A stretch of 64,000 nt of DNA. It comes from an uncultured Gemmatimonadales bacterium. GTDB taxonomy: Bacteria; Gemmatimonadota; Gemmatimonadetes; Gemmatimonadales; GWC2-71-9. The position numbers were made by a program, and so were the translations under genes. Of the stretch, positions 1-9,947 are shown piece after piece. The first letter of the stretch is position 1; every line of letters begins with the position of its first letter. The stretch is from positions 1-64,000 of the forward strand of contig CAWGED010000010.1 in NCBI GenBank assembly GCA_963821525.1, given 5' to 3'. The notes beneath the pieces are model-generated. The model ran no database searches. It was not told the DNA's origin and saw only the letters and a list, made by a program, of their open reading frames with translations.

Positions 1-37
1 CACCTTTGACGCAAACCCCAGCAGGGAGTGGAGGCTC

Positions 38-1351
38 TTGCCAGCCCCCTTGACCGACCGACCATTGCTTCAGCGCGTCATCGGCGGGCGTGGCCTCGCT
101 GCCGCGATCTTCAACATTACGGTCGGCGCGGCCATCTTCGTTCTTCCTGCACACGTGGCTGGCTCCCTCGGCGCGGCTGCGCCCCTCGCCTATCTCGTCT
201 GCGCCGTCGCGACCGCGCTGGTGGCACTCTGCTTCGCCGAGGCGGGGAGCCGAGTGCCTCAGAGCGGGGGCCCGTATGCCTATGTCGAGGTGGCGCTCGG
301 CCCCTATGTCGGGTTCGTCTGCGGCGTCCTGCTTTGGCTCGGCATAACGCTCGCTATGGCCGCCGTCGCTACCGTGTTCGCTGATGCATGCTCCAGTCTC
401 GTCCCTGTCTTCACGGGGAGCGTTGCACGGTCATTGCTGCTGGCTGCGATCTTCGCGATCCTCGCCTGGGTCAACATGCGCGGAACCGCGCTGGGCTCCC
501 GCGTTAACGGCATCTCAACGCTCGCCAAGCTGCTACCGCTCGTTGCCTTCGTCCTACTTGGCCTGTTCCACGTACACACCGCTAACCTTGCGATCACCAC
601 GTTACCGCCACTCCGCACAGTGGGCGAAGCGGGATTGCTCTTGATGTTTGCGTTCTTTGGAATGGAATCGGCGCTCCAGGTAAGCGGAGAGGTCACCGAC
701 CCCTCGCGGACAGTGCCGCGAGCGATTGGCGCGGCCCTGTTGGGTGTCGCTCTCCTCTACATCTCGGTTCAGCTGGTTGCTCAGGGAGTGCTGGGGAACG
801 CCCTGTCTGCGCCCGAGACGGCGAAGGCGCCCCTCGCCGCTGCCGCAGAGCAGTTCGCAGGCCCGGCTGGTGCAAGGCTGATCCTGATAGGGATGGTCCT
901 CTCCACGTTTGGATTCATGACCGGGATGATGCTCTCGACCCCGCGGACGCTGTTCGCCCTGGCTGCTGACGGGTTTTTCCCGCGCCCGCTGGCCCGAGTG
1001 CATCCGGAGTATCACACGCCCTACGTCGCCATCGCGGTACAGGGAGTGATCGTGTGCCTCATCGCGATCACCGGTACGTACGTGAAGCTGGCGATCCTCG
1101 CGGATGTCGCCCTTCTCATCGTCTACCTGGCGTGCTGTGTTGGCGCGGGTCAGCTTCGCCGTCGCAACGTGGGTGCCGAGAGAAACCCGTTCGTGATGCC
1201 TGCGGGCGGGGTGGTACCATGGCTGGCCGCCGCGCTGATCCTGGGGCTGCTCACGCGTGCGTCGATGGCAGCGTGGCTTCTCACCGGTGCGGTCGTCGCG
1301 ATCGCCTCGCTTGGCTATGTTGTTAGGCGCTTGAACCGAGACGCCGCCTGA
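38..1351 (+). CDS. APC-family amino acid permease
   Basis: 437-aa ORF with ~12 hydrophobic segments and APC motifs (TVGAAIF, FAEAGSRVPQSGGPYAY, FAFFGME, LARVHP..TPYVA). Confidence 0.9.
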   Translation: MPAPLTDRPLLQRVIGGRGLAAAIFNITVGAAIFVLPAHVAGSLGAAAPLAYLVCAVATALVALCFAEAGSRVPQSGGPYAYVEVALGPYVGFVCGVLLWLGITLAMAAVATVFADACSSLVPVFTGSVARSLLLAAIFAILAWVNMRGTALGSRVNGISTLAKLLPLVAFVLLGLFHVHTANLAITTLPPLRTVGEAGLLLMFAFFGMESALQVSGEVTDPSRTVPRAIGAALLGVALLYISVQLVAQGVLGNALSAPETAKAPLAAAAEQFAGPAGARLILIGMVLSTFGFMTGMMLSTPRTLFALAADGFFPRPLARVHPEYHTPYVAIAVQGVIVCLIAITGTYVKLAILADVALLIVYLACCVGAGQLRRRNVGAERNPFVMPAGGVVPWLAAALILGLLTRASMAAWLLTGAVVAIASLGYVVRRLNRDAA

Positions 1352-1410
1352 CCAGCGCTCGGAGCAGTCGACCCGCCAACCCACTCGTCACCAATCGCAG
1401 CTATGAGCCA
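1346..1410 (+). repeat. degenerate attC-like site
   Basis: Permease stop lies in GCCTGAC, followed by CAGCGCTCGGAGCAG and later CGCAGCT; no clear R' core. Confidence 0.4.
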
Positions 1411-1437
1411 TCGAACGAATATCATATCGGGCTCGTC

Positions 1438-1806
1438 GTGACCCTTCTGGCGCGCCGTACACTCGCACAGTCACCACCAGTCGCCCCGAATCCTCTCGGC
1501 GTTTGGCGAGGCACGTCGACGTGCCTCATTCGCCCATCGGCATGCCATGATGAGATTGTCGTCTATCGCATCACGCACGGGAGTGTCCGCGATAGCCTTG
1601 CGTTGGACGGACGCAAGATTGTCAACGGCCAGGAAGTCGAAATGGGTGTGCTCGGCTGCCGGGTCGCTCAACCCGAGGCGCAGGTCATCTGTCTCATCCC
1701 GAGTGGCGTGTGGCGTTTCACGGTACGAGGCGACAGCCTCGTTGGCGAGTTGCGATTGTCAGACAACACGACATCCCGTGACGTTCGAGCCGCCCGCTCG
1801 CGTTAG
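1438..1806 (+). CDS. hypothetical secreted protein
   Basis: 122-aa ORF (GVWRGTSTC...CHDE); true start may lie upstream near 1402. Confidence 0.6.
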   Translation: MTLLARRTLAQSPPVAPNPLGVWRGTSTCLIRPSACHDEIVVYRITHGSVRDSLALDGRKIVNGQEVEMGVLGCRVAQPEAQVICLIPSGVWRFTVRGDSLVGELRLSDNTTSRDVRAARSR

Positions 1807-1853
1807 CCAGCACGCGTGTCATCGCCAACCAGTGTGCCCTCGTAAGGTTCCTG

Positions 1854-2228
1854 ATGCCGAACATCCCAACGAGTAATCCAAAGCAGTTCTACCAGGCCGC
1901 TCCTTTGCTCACAGTTCCGGATGTGATGGCGGCCGCCAGTTACTACCAGCGCGTACTTGGCTTTCAGGCCGATGCCGATACGCTCACCGCAGACTACGGC
2001 GTCGTGTGGCGGGACAACGCGGCCGTGCATTTTGCGGTCGGCGCGAACGTAGCAACGGGCGTACGCATTTTCTTCTGGGTCCGGGACGTGAACCAGCTCT
2101 ATGAGGACGTCCAGGCGCGCGGGGCCCAACTTCTTGAGCCGATCGGTACCCGCCCCTACCACGTTCGCGATTTCTCAATTCGCGATCTCAACGGGATTGA
2201 GCTCGTCTTTGGGCAGGATTGGGACTGA
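1854..2228 (+). CDS. VOC/glyoxalase/bleomycin-resistance family protein
   Basis: PLLTVPDV..YYQRVLGF and RPYHVRDFSIRDLNGIELVF motifs. Confidence 0.85.
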   Translation: MPNIPTSNPKQFYQAAPLLTVPDVMAAASYYQRVLGFQADADTLTADYGVVWRDNAAVHFAVGANVATGVRIFFWVRDVNQLYEDVQARGAQLLEPIGTRPYHVRDFSIRDLNGIELVFGQDWD

Positions 2229-2293
2229 GTTCGGCGCCTGAATGGCTGGGGGTCGATCGCGAGTCCTGTTCAATCGGCCGCGGAGGTTTTCCC

Positions 2294-2690
2294 ATGACCG
2301 TTGGTCGTGTCGCGTTGCTGGTGGGTGTCGCCGTCTTGGTGCTCGTGGCGTGTCGCCGCCAGCATCTTGTACATGGTCGTCTACAGCTACGTCATCAACC
2401 CGGGCCACGAACCGCAGTACTACAACGACACATTCAGGTTGCCGGGCCGTATGCAGCATCGTCGCCGGTATCCCGCTCATGTTCCTCGCCGGTTGGTGGG
2501 TCGCGGGGTGGTGGCGGCAGGCGCACGGCGGGCGGGCGGCTTGGATTGTCTGGCTCGCGTACACTGTGATCGATCTCGCCATCCTGCTTGCGGCCGGGAT
2601 GTCGAGGGGTGTCGGGCTCTTGTTCGTCGTGTCGTTCGCCACCAAGCTGGCAGCAGTGTATTCGGTGCGAGGCTCCGGATCGCACGACCG
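2294..2690 (+). pseudogene. frameshifted hypothetical membrane protein
   Basis: GGAGG plus ATG at 2294; hydrophobic coding text continues across three frames; ends at an attC-like left arm. Confidence 0.55.
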
Positions 2691-2770
2691 GCCGAACCAG
2701 ACACTGCAGCAGACGGCGCGGGCGTGTAGGCTTTCCAACGTTCGCGGCCCCAGCAGCCCCCGTCGAGCTA
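2691..2770 (+). repeat. attC-like left arm (R''/L''), right end lost
   Basis: GCCGAAC-CAGACACTGCAGCAGACGG directly after the gene; a convergent gene ends where R' would be. Confidence 0.55.
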
Positions 2771-3350
2771 TCCGGTCTTCAAAGGCCCGGCGACCTTGTA
2801 AGTACTGAAGATGATGCCGGACGGCATTGCTTTCGTGCTGACGAGCTCGAATGAGCGTGGCGGGGTTCCCTCCGCAAAGAAGCGCTTCCCCGTGCCCAAC
2901 AGGACCGGATAGACGGCCAGCAGGACTTCATCCGCAAGCCCATGTTCGAGCAGCGTCGATGTCAGCGTGGAGCTACCCGAGAGGATAAGGTCCGGGCCGT
3001 CCTGCGACTTGATGCGGCGAATGCCCTCGACGATGTCCGGTCCAAGGCCCTCGAACGGGCCCCATTCAAGACTTTCCGGACGGTGGGTAGCGATATATTT
3101 CGTCGCCGCATTGAGGCCGTCCGCCATCGGACTGCTCGGCGCCTTTGGCCAGAAGCCCGACCAGACATCGTAGGTGCGACGGCCAAGCAGCAGATCGAAG
3201 CTCTCGCCATACGCGGCGAGCATTGCGTCCCGGCCAGCGGGGGTCCGATAGGGCGCGGTCCAGTCGCTGTAGGGGAAATCGTCGTCATCGGCCGGAGTGC
3301 TGGATCACGCCGTCCAGCGAGATGTGTTCGATGATCTTGAGCTTTCTCAT
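2768..3350 (-). CDS. RibD C-terminal/dihydrofolate reductase family protein (frameshifted near N-terminus)
   Basis: MRKLKIIEHISLDGVIQ at 3350, then LLGRRTY, GSSTL and DEVLLAVYPVLLGTGKRFF in another frame. Confidence 0.8.
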
Positions 3351-3373
3351 TCGAGTCTCCGTGTTGTACGCCG

Positions 3374-4528
3374 TCAGGGTCCGCGGGTGCGGCCGAGGTA
3401 GCTCCTGGCCTGTTGGCCGACGAGATCGACCAGATTGCCCATGGCCACTTCCATGTCGACCAGATGCAGGCCAAGCGGCTCCGCCAGGTCCCCTTGAATG
3501 TCACGGCTGGCCGGACTGTGAGGACCACGCTCGACCGACACCTCGAGATACGAGGCGAACGCGTTGGACCTGCACTGCCCCTTCAACAGCCCCACCACAC
3601 GCACCATGGGCGTGGCGATGGGGTGTCCGCCAACGGTCCACGGATCTAAGGGGCCGAACGGCAGGGCAGTTCTTCCTGCCGCGTCGAAATAGCCATTGAG
3701 GGCGGCCTCGCCGCCGCCGAGCGCCGCGGGATTGGTGCATGCCGCGACGAGTGTCGAGTCGGCCGACAGCCCGAAGCGGGTGGTCGCCGTCGGCGGCGCG
3801 GTATTGCGGAATGATGAATACGCCACGACGCAGCCGGTCTGGGTGGCCGCGCGACAGAGCGGCAGGTGCAGAAAGGTGCCGCCCACGTCCTTCCCGCGGG
3901 GCACGAGGATGCCCCCCGGTCCGCCGATGAGGAACGCGGAGACGATGCGTGACTGCACCGGTGCTCCCTCGATTTCCTTGCGGATCAACTCGGTCAGAAT
4001 GACGGTGCCCTGCGAATGCCCGATCAGCACAATTCCGCGATTGCCATTGTCGTGCGCGAGGTAGTAGCGCCACGCGGCGCGGACGTCCTGGTATCCGACG
4101 GCCAGGAAATCGGGTGACTCAATGCCGGCGGCGTTGGCACGACCCATGGCGGCGAGGGTGAGTTGCCGGTACATGGGCGCGAACAGCCGGCACTGGGTGC
4201 CAAACCGCGCCAGCTGCAGTCGCACGACGCCACGCTCGGCGTCGTCGGGGACGAGATCACTGAGGTCCGTCGTATCCGTCGACACCGTGGGATAGACATA
4301 GAAGCAATCCACCGGCGCCTTTGGATTCAGGGGCGCATGCTCAACGGTGGACCGGCCGTCCGGACTGAGCACGGTGGTGGAAAGATCCACCTCGCATGCA
4401 CCGGGCCGGTCGGGGCGGCAGAGCCATGCTTGCGGGTTGCCGTAGTCCGGCGCGGGCGGTGCGGCGGTGGTCTGCGCGATCGCATCCGTCGCCGCGATCG
4501 ATAGGGCCAGGAGGACAAGGCGCAGCAT
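3374..4528 (-). CDS. DUF3089-type secreted alpha/beta hydrolase
   Basis: Signal peptide; WLCRP, DCFYVYPTVS, APMYRQ and nucleophile motif GHSQG. Confidence 0.85.
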   Translation of the reverse strand: MLRLVLLALSIAATDAIAQTTAAPPAPDYGNPQAWLCRPDRPGACEVDLSTTVLSPDGRSTVEHAPLNPKAPVDCFYVYPTVSTDTTDLSDLVPDDAERGVVRLQLARFGTQCRLFAPMYRQLTLAAMGRANAAGIESPDFLAVGYQDVRAAWRYYLAHDNGNRGIVLIGHSQGTVILTELIRKEIEGAPVQSRIVSAFLIGGPGGILVPRGKDVGGTFLHLPLCRAATQTGCVVAYSSFRNTAPPTATTRFGLSADSTLVAACTNPAALGGGEAALNGYFDAAGRTALPFGPLDPWTVGGHPIATPMVRVVGLLKGQCRSNAFASYLEVSVERGPHSPASRDIQGDLAEPLGLHLVDMEVAMGNLVDLVGQQARSYLGRTRGP

Positions 4529-4529
4529 G

Positions 4530-5343
4530 CTAACGCTCCGCCGGCGCCGGAAAGCGATTCTGAAACCACGCTTCCCAGAGCGGTGCCTCACGAGCGACGT
4601 TCCGGCCGCCTGATCACCGTACAGATACATGTTCATCGCAACCGTGGTCGGCCCGCCGGGAAAGCCGGCGATGCCGAGGGCGGCCACACCTGGCGCCGGC
4701 TTGTCGAGGCGAAGCAGAGCGTCGAACGGTTCCTGCGTGACATACTCAACTACGCCACTGAAAGCCGGGACACCCGCAGGCGCAGTGAATCGCTGCCCGA
4801 CACTCATGTCTTTCAGTCCCAACGCCGCCGTCAGCGCTTCCCAACTCTCTCCGTCCGTACCCGGGGCGGGAGCCCTGAACTGCTCCATCGCGGAACGTTG
4901 CCCGCGGAAGTGCGTGAGATAGAGCCGCAGGATATTGCAGGAAACTGGCGAGTCCACCCTTCGCGCGTCGAGTTGCGAGTCCCATTCGTCGGTGCTCGCG
5001 AAAAGGCTCTGCACAATGCGGATAACGCAAACGCCACCGCCGCGCGCTTCGACACTCCATTCGCTCGCCATGATCGGCGAGCCGGGCATCCAACCGGCGG
5101 CCTCATTGACGAACATCCGCGGCGGATCCCAAACGGTGACATCGGAGCGACCCACCATCCCCGACCGAAGTTCACCTTGATCGCGACGGCCTTCCCGTCG
5201 CGCTGTTCGAACTCCGTCGGCACAAACCACGACGAAATCCCCGGCCCGGTAGCGATTGCCTGCCAGACTTCCTCCGGTGTGCCGGGGACTTCGAATTCCG
5301 TGGTACGGGACCGGCGTCCGGACGGCTCTTGCTTCACGCTCAT
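4530..5343 (-). CDS. SRPBCC/AHSA1 domain protein (frameshifted)
   Basis: MSVKQEPSGRR..EVPGTPEEVWQAIATGPGISSWFVP, then WDPPRMF and LRLYLTHF in other frames; start overlaps regulator stop. Confidence 0.8.
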
Positions 5344-5945
5344 GACAACGGCTCCTGGGGAATGGATTTCTGTGGTGTAGGGTAGGCCACGACCACCAGC
5401 CGATGAGCACGGCCTCCGGGCGCGGACGCATCGTGATACTTCGACGCGAGTGTCGCGATCGCGTCGGTGAGTTCCTTGCTGAAAGCCGCCCGGTCTGCGG
5501 CCGACCGGAAGCGAACCTCGGTATCCACCGCCAGGGTCGCCAGGCGTTTGCCCGACTCTTTCGCACGACGAACGAGGTCGCCCACCTCGCGGACGACCCG
5601 AGCGCCCAGGGCGATGAGATAACTCGCGGAGAGCCGATCGACTTCCCGATTCGGATCGACGGCGATCGGGCCCAGGGCGCCCGGCGAAACGACGTAGGAA
5701 GCGGCCGTCGCGACGAGCAGCCGTTCCGTCAGCCCGCCCCACTTGCGTTCCTCGGCCAGCCGAACCAGCCCGTGCGCCTCCAGCGCGTTCAGGTGGTAGT
5801 TGACCTTTTGCCGAGCCAGGCCGACCCGCGTGGCCAACGTCGCCGCCGAGGCGGGCGCGGCCAGTTCGGAGAGGAGTCGGCTTCGCGTCGGCTCCAGGGC
5901 CACCGTCGCGGCCGCGGGATCATCGATGACTTGGATATCGAGCAT
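5340..5945 (-). CDS. ArsR-like winged HTH transcriptional regulator
   Basis: RSRLLSEL..SAATLATRVGLARQKVNYHLNALEAHGLV. Confidence 0.9.
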   Translation of the reverse strand: MLDIQVIDDPAAATVALEPTRSRLLSELAAPASAATLATRVGLARQKVNYHLNALEAHGLVRLAEERKWGGLTERLLVATAASYVVSPGALGPIAVDPNREVDRLSASYLIALGARVVREVGDLVRRAKESGKRLATLAVDTEVRFRSAADRAAFSKELTDAIATLASKYHDASAPGGRAHRLVVVAYPTPQKSIPQEPLS

Positions 5946-5951
5946 GAGGAG

Positions 5952-5980
5952 ATGATACCATTGACAACTTTTATTGTCAA
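5952..5980 (-). promoter_or_regulatory. sigma70-type promoter with overlapping palindromic operator
   Basis: Minus strand TTGACA-17nt-TATCAT-6nt-ATG; palindrome TTGACAA-N6-TTGTCAA at 5961-5980. Confidence 0.8.
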
Positions 5981-6076
5981 GCCTGATCCAAGGCCTTGGC
6001 TGCCGAATTCGCTAGGTTGATTGCAACAGGCAGATTCGTGGCGGCAACCTGTGCTCCACTTCACACAGCAGGATTC

Positions 6077-7252
6077 ATGAACGACGAACCGCGTCTTGCA
6101 GTCGCCCTTGCGGCACCAGCCGCGCTGCTGCTGGTGCTCGGCTGCCCGCGGCCCGAGAGGTACGGGTTCGTGGCCGTCCTCGGCAACGACACGACCTCGG
6201 TCGAATGGGTCACGCGGACCGCCCATCGCATCGTCGGCGACGCCATCGGACGCTCGCCAACCGTGACGCGCCGGCACTGGGAAGCGGACCTGGGGCCGGA
6301 CGGCGTCATCACCAGCTGGCGGATGGACACCGACATCCCGAACGCGCCGCCCGGCAACCAGCAGATCCACCACACCGCGGCCTTCACCGGCCAAGCGACG
6401 TCGTTCACGCGCGGCACGGCGGCGGGGACGCGGGCGTTTGCCTGGCAGAAGCAGTACGTCGAGACCGTCCCCTGGAACGCGTTCGTGTACGCCACCTGGG
6501 AACTGCTGCTCGACGCGGCGCGGCGCCAGCCGGACACGACCCATGCCCGGATCGGGCAGTACTTCTTCGAGGGCTGGGACGAGGGCCACGTGGGCTACGC
6601 GGACGTCGTGCGACGGCCCGATGGCGCATTCGAGATCAGCAGCACGGGACTCGCGGGCACGGGACTCGCGCACCTGGACGGGAACGGCCGCCTGGCGTCC
6701 TACTCGGGGCAAGGCACGACCTACAAGCAGGAAGTGCGACGCATCACCAGCGTGCCCGATATCGACGCCATCGCGGCCCGGTTCGCGGCCGACGAGAAGC
6801 GCGCCGGCAGCGGGACATCACTCAGTCCGCGCGACACCGTGCGCGCCACGCTCGGCACAGCCACGCTGACCATCGACTACAGCCGGCCCGCGCAGCGCGG
6901 CAGGACACTCGTCGGCGACCTGCTGCCATACGATCAGGTCTGGCGGACGGGCGCCAACGCGGCGACGCAAGTGGAGACGTCGGAAACGATCGAACTGGCC
7001 GGCGTGAGGCTGCACCCCGGCACGTACACGCTCTACACGATACCGGGCCGGCAGGGCGTCACGCTCATCATCAACGGCCAGTCCGGCCAGTGGGGCACGC
7101 ACTACGAGGTTGCCCGCGACGTGGCCCGGCGGCCCATGACGGTGGATTCCCTGCCCGCGACGGTCGAGCGGTTCACCATTCGCATCGATGCGGGACAGTT
7201 GATCATGGAGTGGGGCAGCTTTCGGTGGAGCGTTTCGCTGATCGCGCCCTAG
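6077..7252 (+). CDS. secreted protein with C-terminal DUF2911 domain
   Basis: IDYSRPAQRGR..PYDQVWRTGANAAT..GTYTLYTIP..QWGT. Confidence 0.85.
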   Translation: MNDEPRLAVALAAPAALLLVLGCPRPERYGFVAVLGNDTTSVEWVTRTAHRIVGDAIGRSPTVTRRHWEADLGPDGVITSWRMDTDIPNAPPGNQQIHHTAAFTGQATSFTRGTAAGTRAFAWQKQYVETVPWNAFVYATWELLLDAARRQPDTTHARIGQYFFEGWDEGHVGYADVVRRPDGAFEISSTGLAGTGLAHLDGNGRLASYSGQGTTYKQEVRRITSVPDIDAIAARFAADEKRAGSGTSLSPRDTVRATLGTATLTIDYSRPAQRGRTLVGDLLPYDQVWRTGANAATQVETSETIELAGVRLHPGTYTLYTIPGRQGVTLIINGQSGQWGTHYEVARDVARRPMTVDSLPATVERFTIRIDAGQLIMEWGSFRWSVSLIAP

Positions 7253-7274
7253 CGCTCGGTCGGCGCCCCGAACC

Positions 7275-7343
7275 AAGTACAGACTCTGCTACATGCGGGG
7301 CCCTGCGGGCATCATCGTCGCGCTGGCCGAGGAACTCTTCTAA
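7275..7343 (+). pseudogene. 3' fragment of a VOC-family gene
   Basis: KYRLCYMRGPAGIIVALAEELF* with no 5' part, immediately before an attC site. Confidence 0.65.
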
Positions 7344-7347
7344 AGCC

Positions 7348-7413
7348 GCCTAACTGGCGCTTGCTGCGGACCGGGACATAGCGCCTCGCCGCAGGAAGCG
7401 CGGGTCGTTAACC
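7348..7413 (+). repeat. attC-like site (66 bp)
   Basis: GCCTAAC..GCGCTTGCTGCGG ... CCGCAGGAAGCGC..GTTAACC; imperfect inverted repeat bounded by R''/R' cores. Confidence 0.75.
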
Positions 7414-7441
7414 GTCGAAGAGAAACTGTTTGGAGGCGCGC

Positions 7442-7879
7442 GTGTCGGAGCCCAAGACCAAACCCACAGAAGTCAGCGCCGAGAGTCATATCGCTGCCAT
7501 TGCGAACGAGGAGCAACGGAATGACGCCCAGACTCTGGTTGCTCTAATGCGAAGAGTTACCAAGCAAGAACCAAGGATGTGGGGGCCAAGCATCGTCGGA
7601 TTCGGGAGCTACCATTACAAGTACGCCAGTGGTCACGAAGGCGATTCCGCTCTCGCTGGGTTTGCCGTGCGGGGAAGTGAGTTGGTTGTTTACATCGCGG
7701 CGGGCTTCGAAGGTCGTGACGTCTTGTTGGCCAAGCTGGGAAAGCACAAGACTGGGAAGGTATGTGTCTACATCAGGCGCCTGGCCAACGTCGATCTGAA
7801 GGTCCTGGAGACGTTGGTAGCCCGATCGGTAGCAGACACGAAGCGTCGCTATCCGGTGAAGTCCACGTTAGGCCGCTGA
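7442..7879 (+). CDS. DUF1801 (YdhG-like) protein
   Basis: PRMWGPSIVGFGSYHYKYASG and LGKHKTGKVCVYI; GGAGG before GTG. Confidence 0.85.
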   Translation: MSEPKTKPTEVSAESHIAAIANEEQRNDAQTLVALMRRVTKQEPRMWGPSIVGFGSYHYKYASGHEGDSALAGFAVRGSELVVYIAAGFEGRDVLLAKLGKHKTGKVCVYIRRLANVDLKVLETLVARSVADTKRRYPVKSTLGR

Positions 7880-7914
7880 TCCTCGTCCTCCGCCGACTTG
7901 TGCATCGAGAGGCT

Positions 7915-8406
7915 ATGCGTACTCCTGCTACGGTCCTTGTACTGATCCTCCTCCTCACCGGCAACCTTGCAGGTCAAAGTCGTGCCGCGGATAGCATCGC
8001 GGTTCTTCAGGTGATTGAGCGCCGAACCGAAGCCATGCGCACGCACGATGCTCATGCTGAAGGCACTATCTACGCCCCGGACGCGGTGTGGATTAACGCA
8101 TTCGGCCGTCGCCGGGTGGGGCCCGACTCGATCGAAGCGTTTCTCGGTCGTCTCTATGCGGATTCGGGGTATGCCGCGTCTCGACTGGTGCGCCAACAGG
8201 TGCCCGAAGTCCGGTTCATCCGCCCCGACGTCGCAGTCGTTCATGAGTACCACGAACGGGAGGGTCAACGCCTCGCGGACGGAAGTGTCATCCCGATCCG
8301 ACGGGTTCATACCACTTTCGTACTCTCCAAAGAGAGCGGACGCTGGCTCGTTCGGTACCAGTTTATCGGTGACGAACGCGAACAACCCAAAACGCTGGCC
8401 CCTTGA
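7915..8406 (+). CDS. secreted SnoaL/NTF2-like (DUF4440/SgcJ) protein
   Basis: Signal peptide; YAPDAVWINAFG, VRFIRPDVAVV and VLSKESGRWLV. Confidence 0.8.
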   Translation: MRTPATVLVLILLLTGNLAGQSRAADSIAVLQVIERRTEAMRTHDAHAEGTIYAPDAVWINAFGRRRVGPDSIEAFLGRLYADSGYAASRLVRQQVPEVRFIRPDVAVVHEYHEREGQRLADGSVIPIRRVHTTFVLSKESGRWLVRYQFIGDEREQPKTLAP

Positions 8407-8500
8407 CCGGCCTCGAGGCTCGGAAAAATTAGCGGACGATCCGGGAGGACAGCGCGCGATCCCCTGAACGCAGTCTCCACCCCTCGAAAGGAACATCGCA

Positions 8501-9097
8501 ATGTCGAAGGTTGTCGCAATCATGTCCATGTCGCTCGACGGCTACGTCGCCGACCTCAACGATGGCGTGGCCGAAGTGTTCGACTGGTACTTCAACTCGG
8601 GGGACGTCGAAATCCACACCGGAGGGTCGGACCCCATGACGTTCAAGGTGTCCGGGCCGAGCGCCGAGCACCTTCGCGGTCTCACGTCCGGACTTGGTGC
8701 CATGCTCACCGGTCGACGCACTTTCGACGACGCCCAAGGCTGGGGCGGAAATCACGCTTGGGGACCAGCATTCGTACTTACCCACCACATCCCCGCCGGA
8801 TGGCCGCGACCCAACTCGACTGTCCACTTCGTGACCGACGGCATCGAAAGCGCCGTGAACCAAGCCAAAGCCGCCGCCGCCGGGAAGTCCGTTGGGGTCC
8901 ACGGCGCTGACACCATCCAGCAGTGCCTGAATGCTGGCCTCCTCGACGAAATCCACGTCGACATCGCGGCGGTTCTTCTTGGCTCCGGAGTTCGACTCTT
9001 CGACCACCTCGCCGGCACGCCAGCCGTCCTTGGCAACCCGACGGTGATCCCGGGCGTCGGCGTTACACACCTGCGCTACCCAGTACGCAAGGCGTAG
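8501..9097 (+). CDS. RibD C-terminal/DHFR family protein
   Basis: MSMSLDGYVA, GRRTFD and GLLDEIHVDIAAVLLGSGVRLF. Confidence 0.9.
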   Translation: MSKVVAIMSMSLDGYVADLNDGVAEVFDWYFNSGDVEIHTGGSDPMTFKVSGPSAEHLRGLTSGLGAMLTGRRTFDDAQGWGGNHAWGPAFVLTHHIPAGWPRPNSTVHFVTDGIESAVNQAKAAAAGKSVGVHGADTIQQCLNAGLLDEIHVDIAAVLLGSGVRLFDHLAGTPAVLGNPTVIPGVGVTHLRYPVRKA

Positions 9098-9167
9098 TCC
9101 TACCCCACACCTTTCTCGCCCGGCGGTGAGCTTTGTCTCGATGAGACGTTCACGCGCGAGTGAGACC

Positions 9168-9194
9168 GGATACGACATCCGGACGGTGCAGGAG
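9168..9194 (+). pseudogene. relic of integron-integrase-like tyrosine recombinase gene (GYDIRTVQE)
   Basis: Nine codons matching the IntI box II segment GYDIRTVQE(LLGH); nothing else of the gene is recognisable. Confidence 0.5.
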
Positions 9195-9338
9195 GCTCCG
9201 CCGCCGCCAGGCCTCGAACTCCCATTCCGCTATCAAAACGATCACGATGGAACTTTCCCGCAGCCACCGGAGTTTCTCGATAGGGGCCGCCGTCCGGCCG
9301 CGATAGGGCCGATTCCCACACCCGCAGGGAGGCCGGCC

Positions 9339-9947
9339 GTGGACGACTTCGAAGCAAATGCACTCCCGAACATCGAAAGCGTGGGACGGTTCGCGCTCTC
9401 GTTGACGCGAAACGAAGCCGATGCGGACGATCTGGTGCAGGAGACATTCCTGCGAGCGTTCAAGGGCTGGCGTACGTTCATTCCCGGGACAAACTGCCGC
9501 CGCTGGCTCTTCACCATCTGCCGCAACACGTTCAACACGTTCCTCCGCTCGAGGGCGAGGGCGCCGAAATACGTCGAGTCGGAGGATGGCGACCTGGACG
9601 CGATGCCGGCCGCCGTCGCCCATATGCAGGCCGTGAGCGAGGGTATCGCTGATGTGTTCGATCACATCGACGTGCGCCCGGCCATCGAAGCGGCGGTACA
9701 GGCCCTGGCAGAGCCGCACCACTCGGTCCTGGTCCTGGTCGATCTGGAGGACCTGAGCTACGAAGAGGCCGCCGCGGTGCTGGAGATCCCGGTGGGAACC
9801 GTGCGGTCGCGCCTGTATCGCGCTCGCCGTTACGTCCAGGAAGAACTGCTGAATCACGCCCGCGACATGGGGATCGGAACTCAAATCCGCCCCGTCACCC
9901 CCGACCCGCAGCAGCCCGGGAGGCTCGATGGAATCCTCGACGCCTGA
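9339..9947 (+). CDS. ECF RNA polymerase sigma factor
   Basis: ADDLVQETFLRA, WLFTICRN and SYEEAAAVLEIPVGTVRSRLYRAR; GGGAGG before GTG at 9339. Confidence 0.9.
   Translation: MDDFEANALPNIESVGRFALSLTRNEADADDLVQETFLRAFKGWRTFIPGTNCRRWLFTICRNTFNTFLRSRARAPKYVESEDGDLDAMPAAVAHMQAVSEGIADVFDHIDVRPAIEAAVQALAEPHHSVLVLVDLEDLSYEEAAAVLEIPVGTVRSRLYRARRYVQEELLNHARDMGIGTQIRPVTPDPQQPGRLDGILDA

Noticed and set aside
3374..5566. 730-aa SRPBCC-hydrolase fusion ORF
   Set aside because: Artefact of frameshifts in the SRPBCC gene; the hydrolase has its own ATG and signal peptide at 4528.
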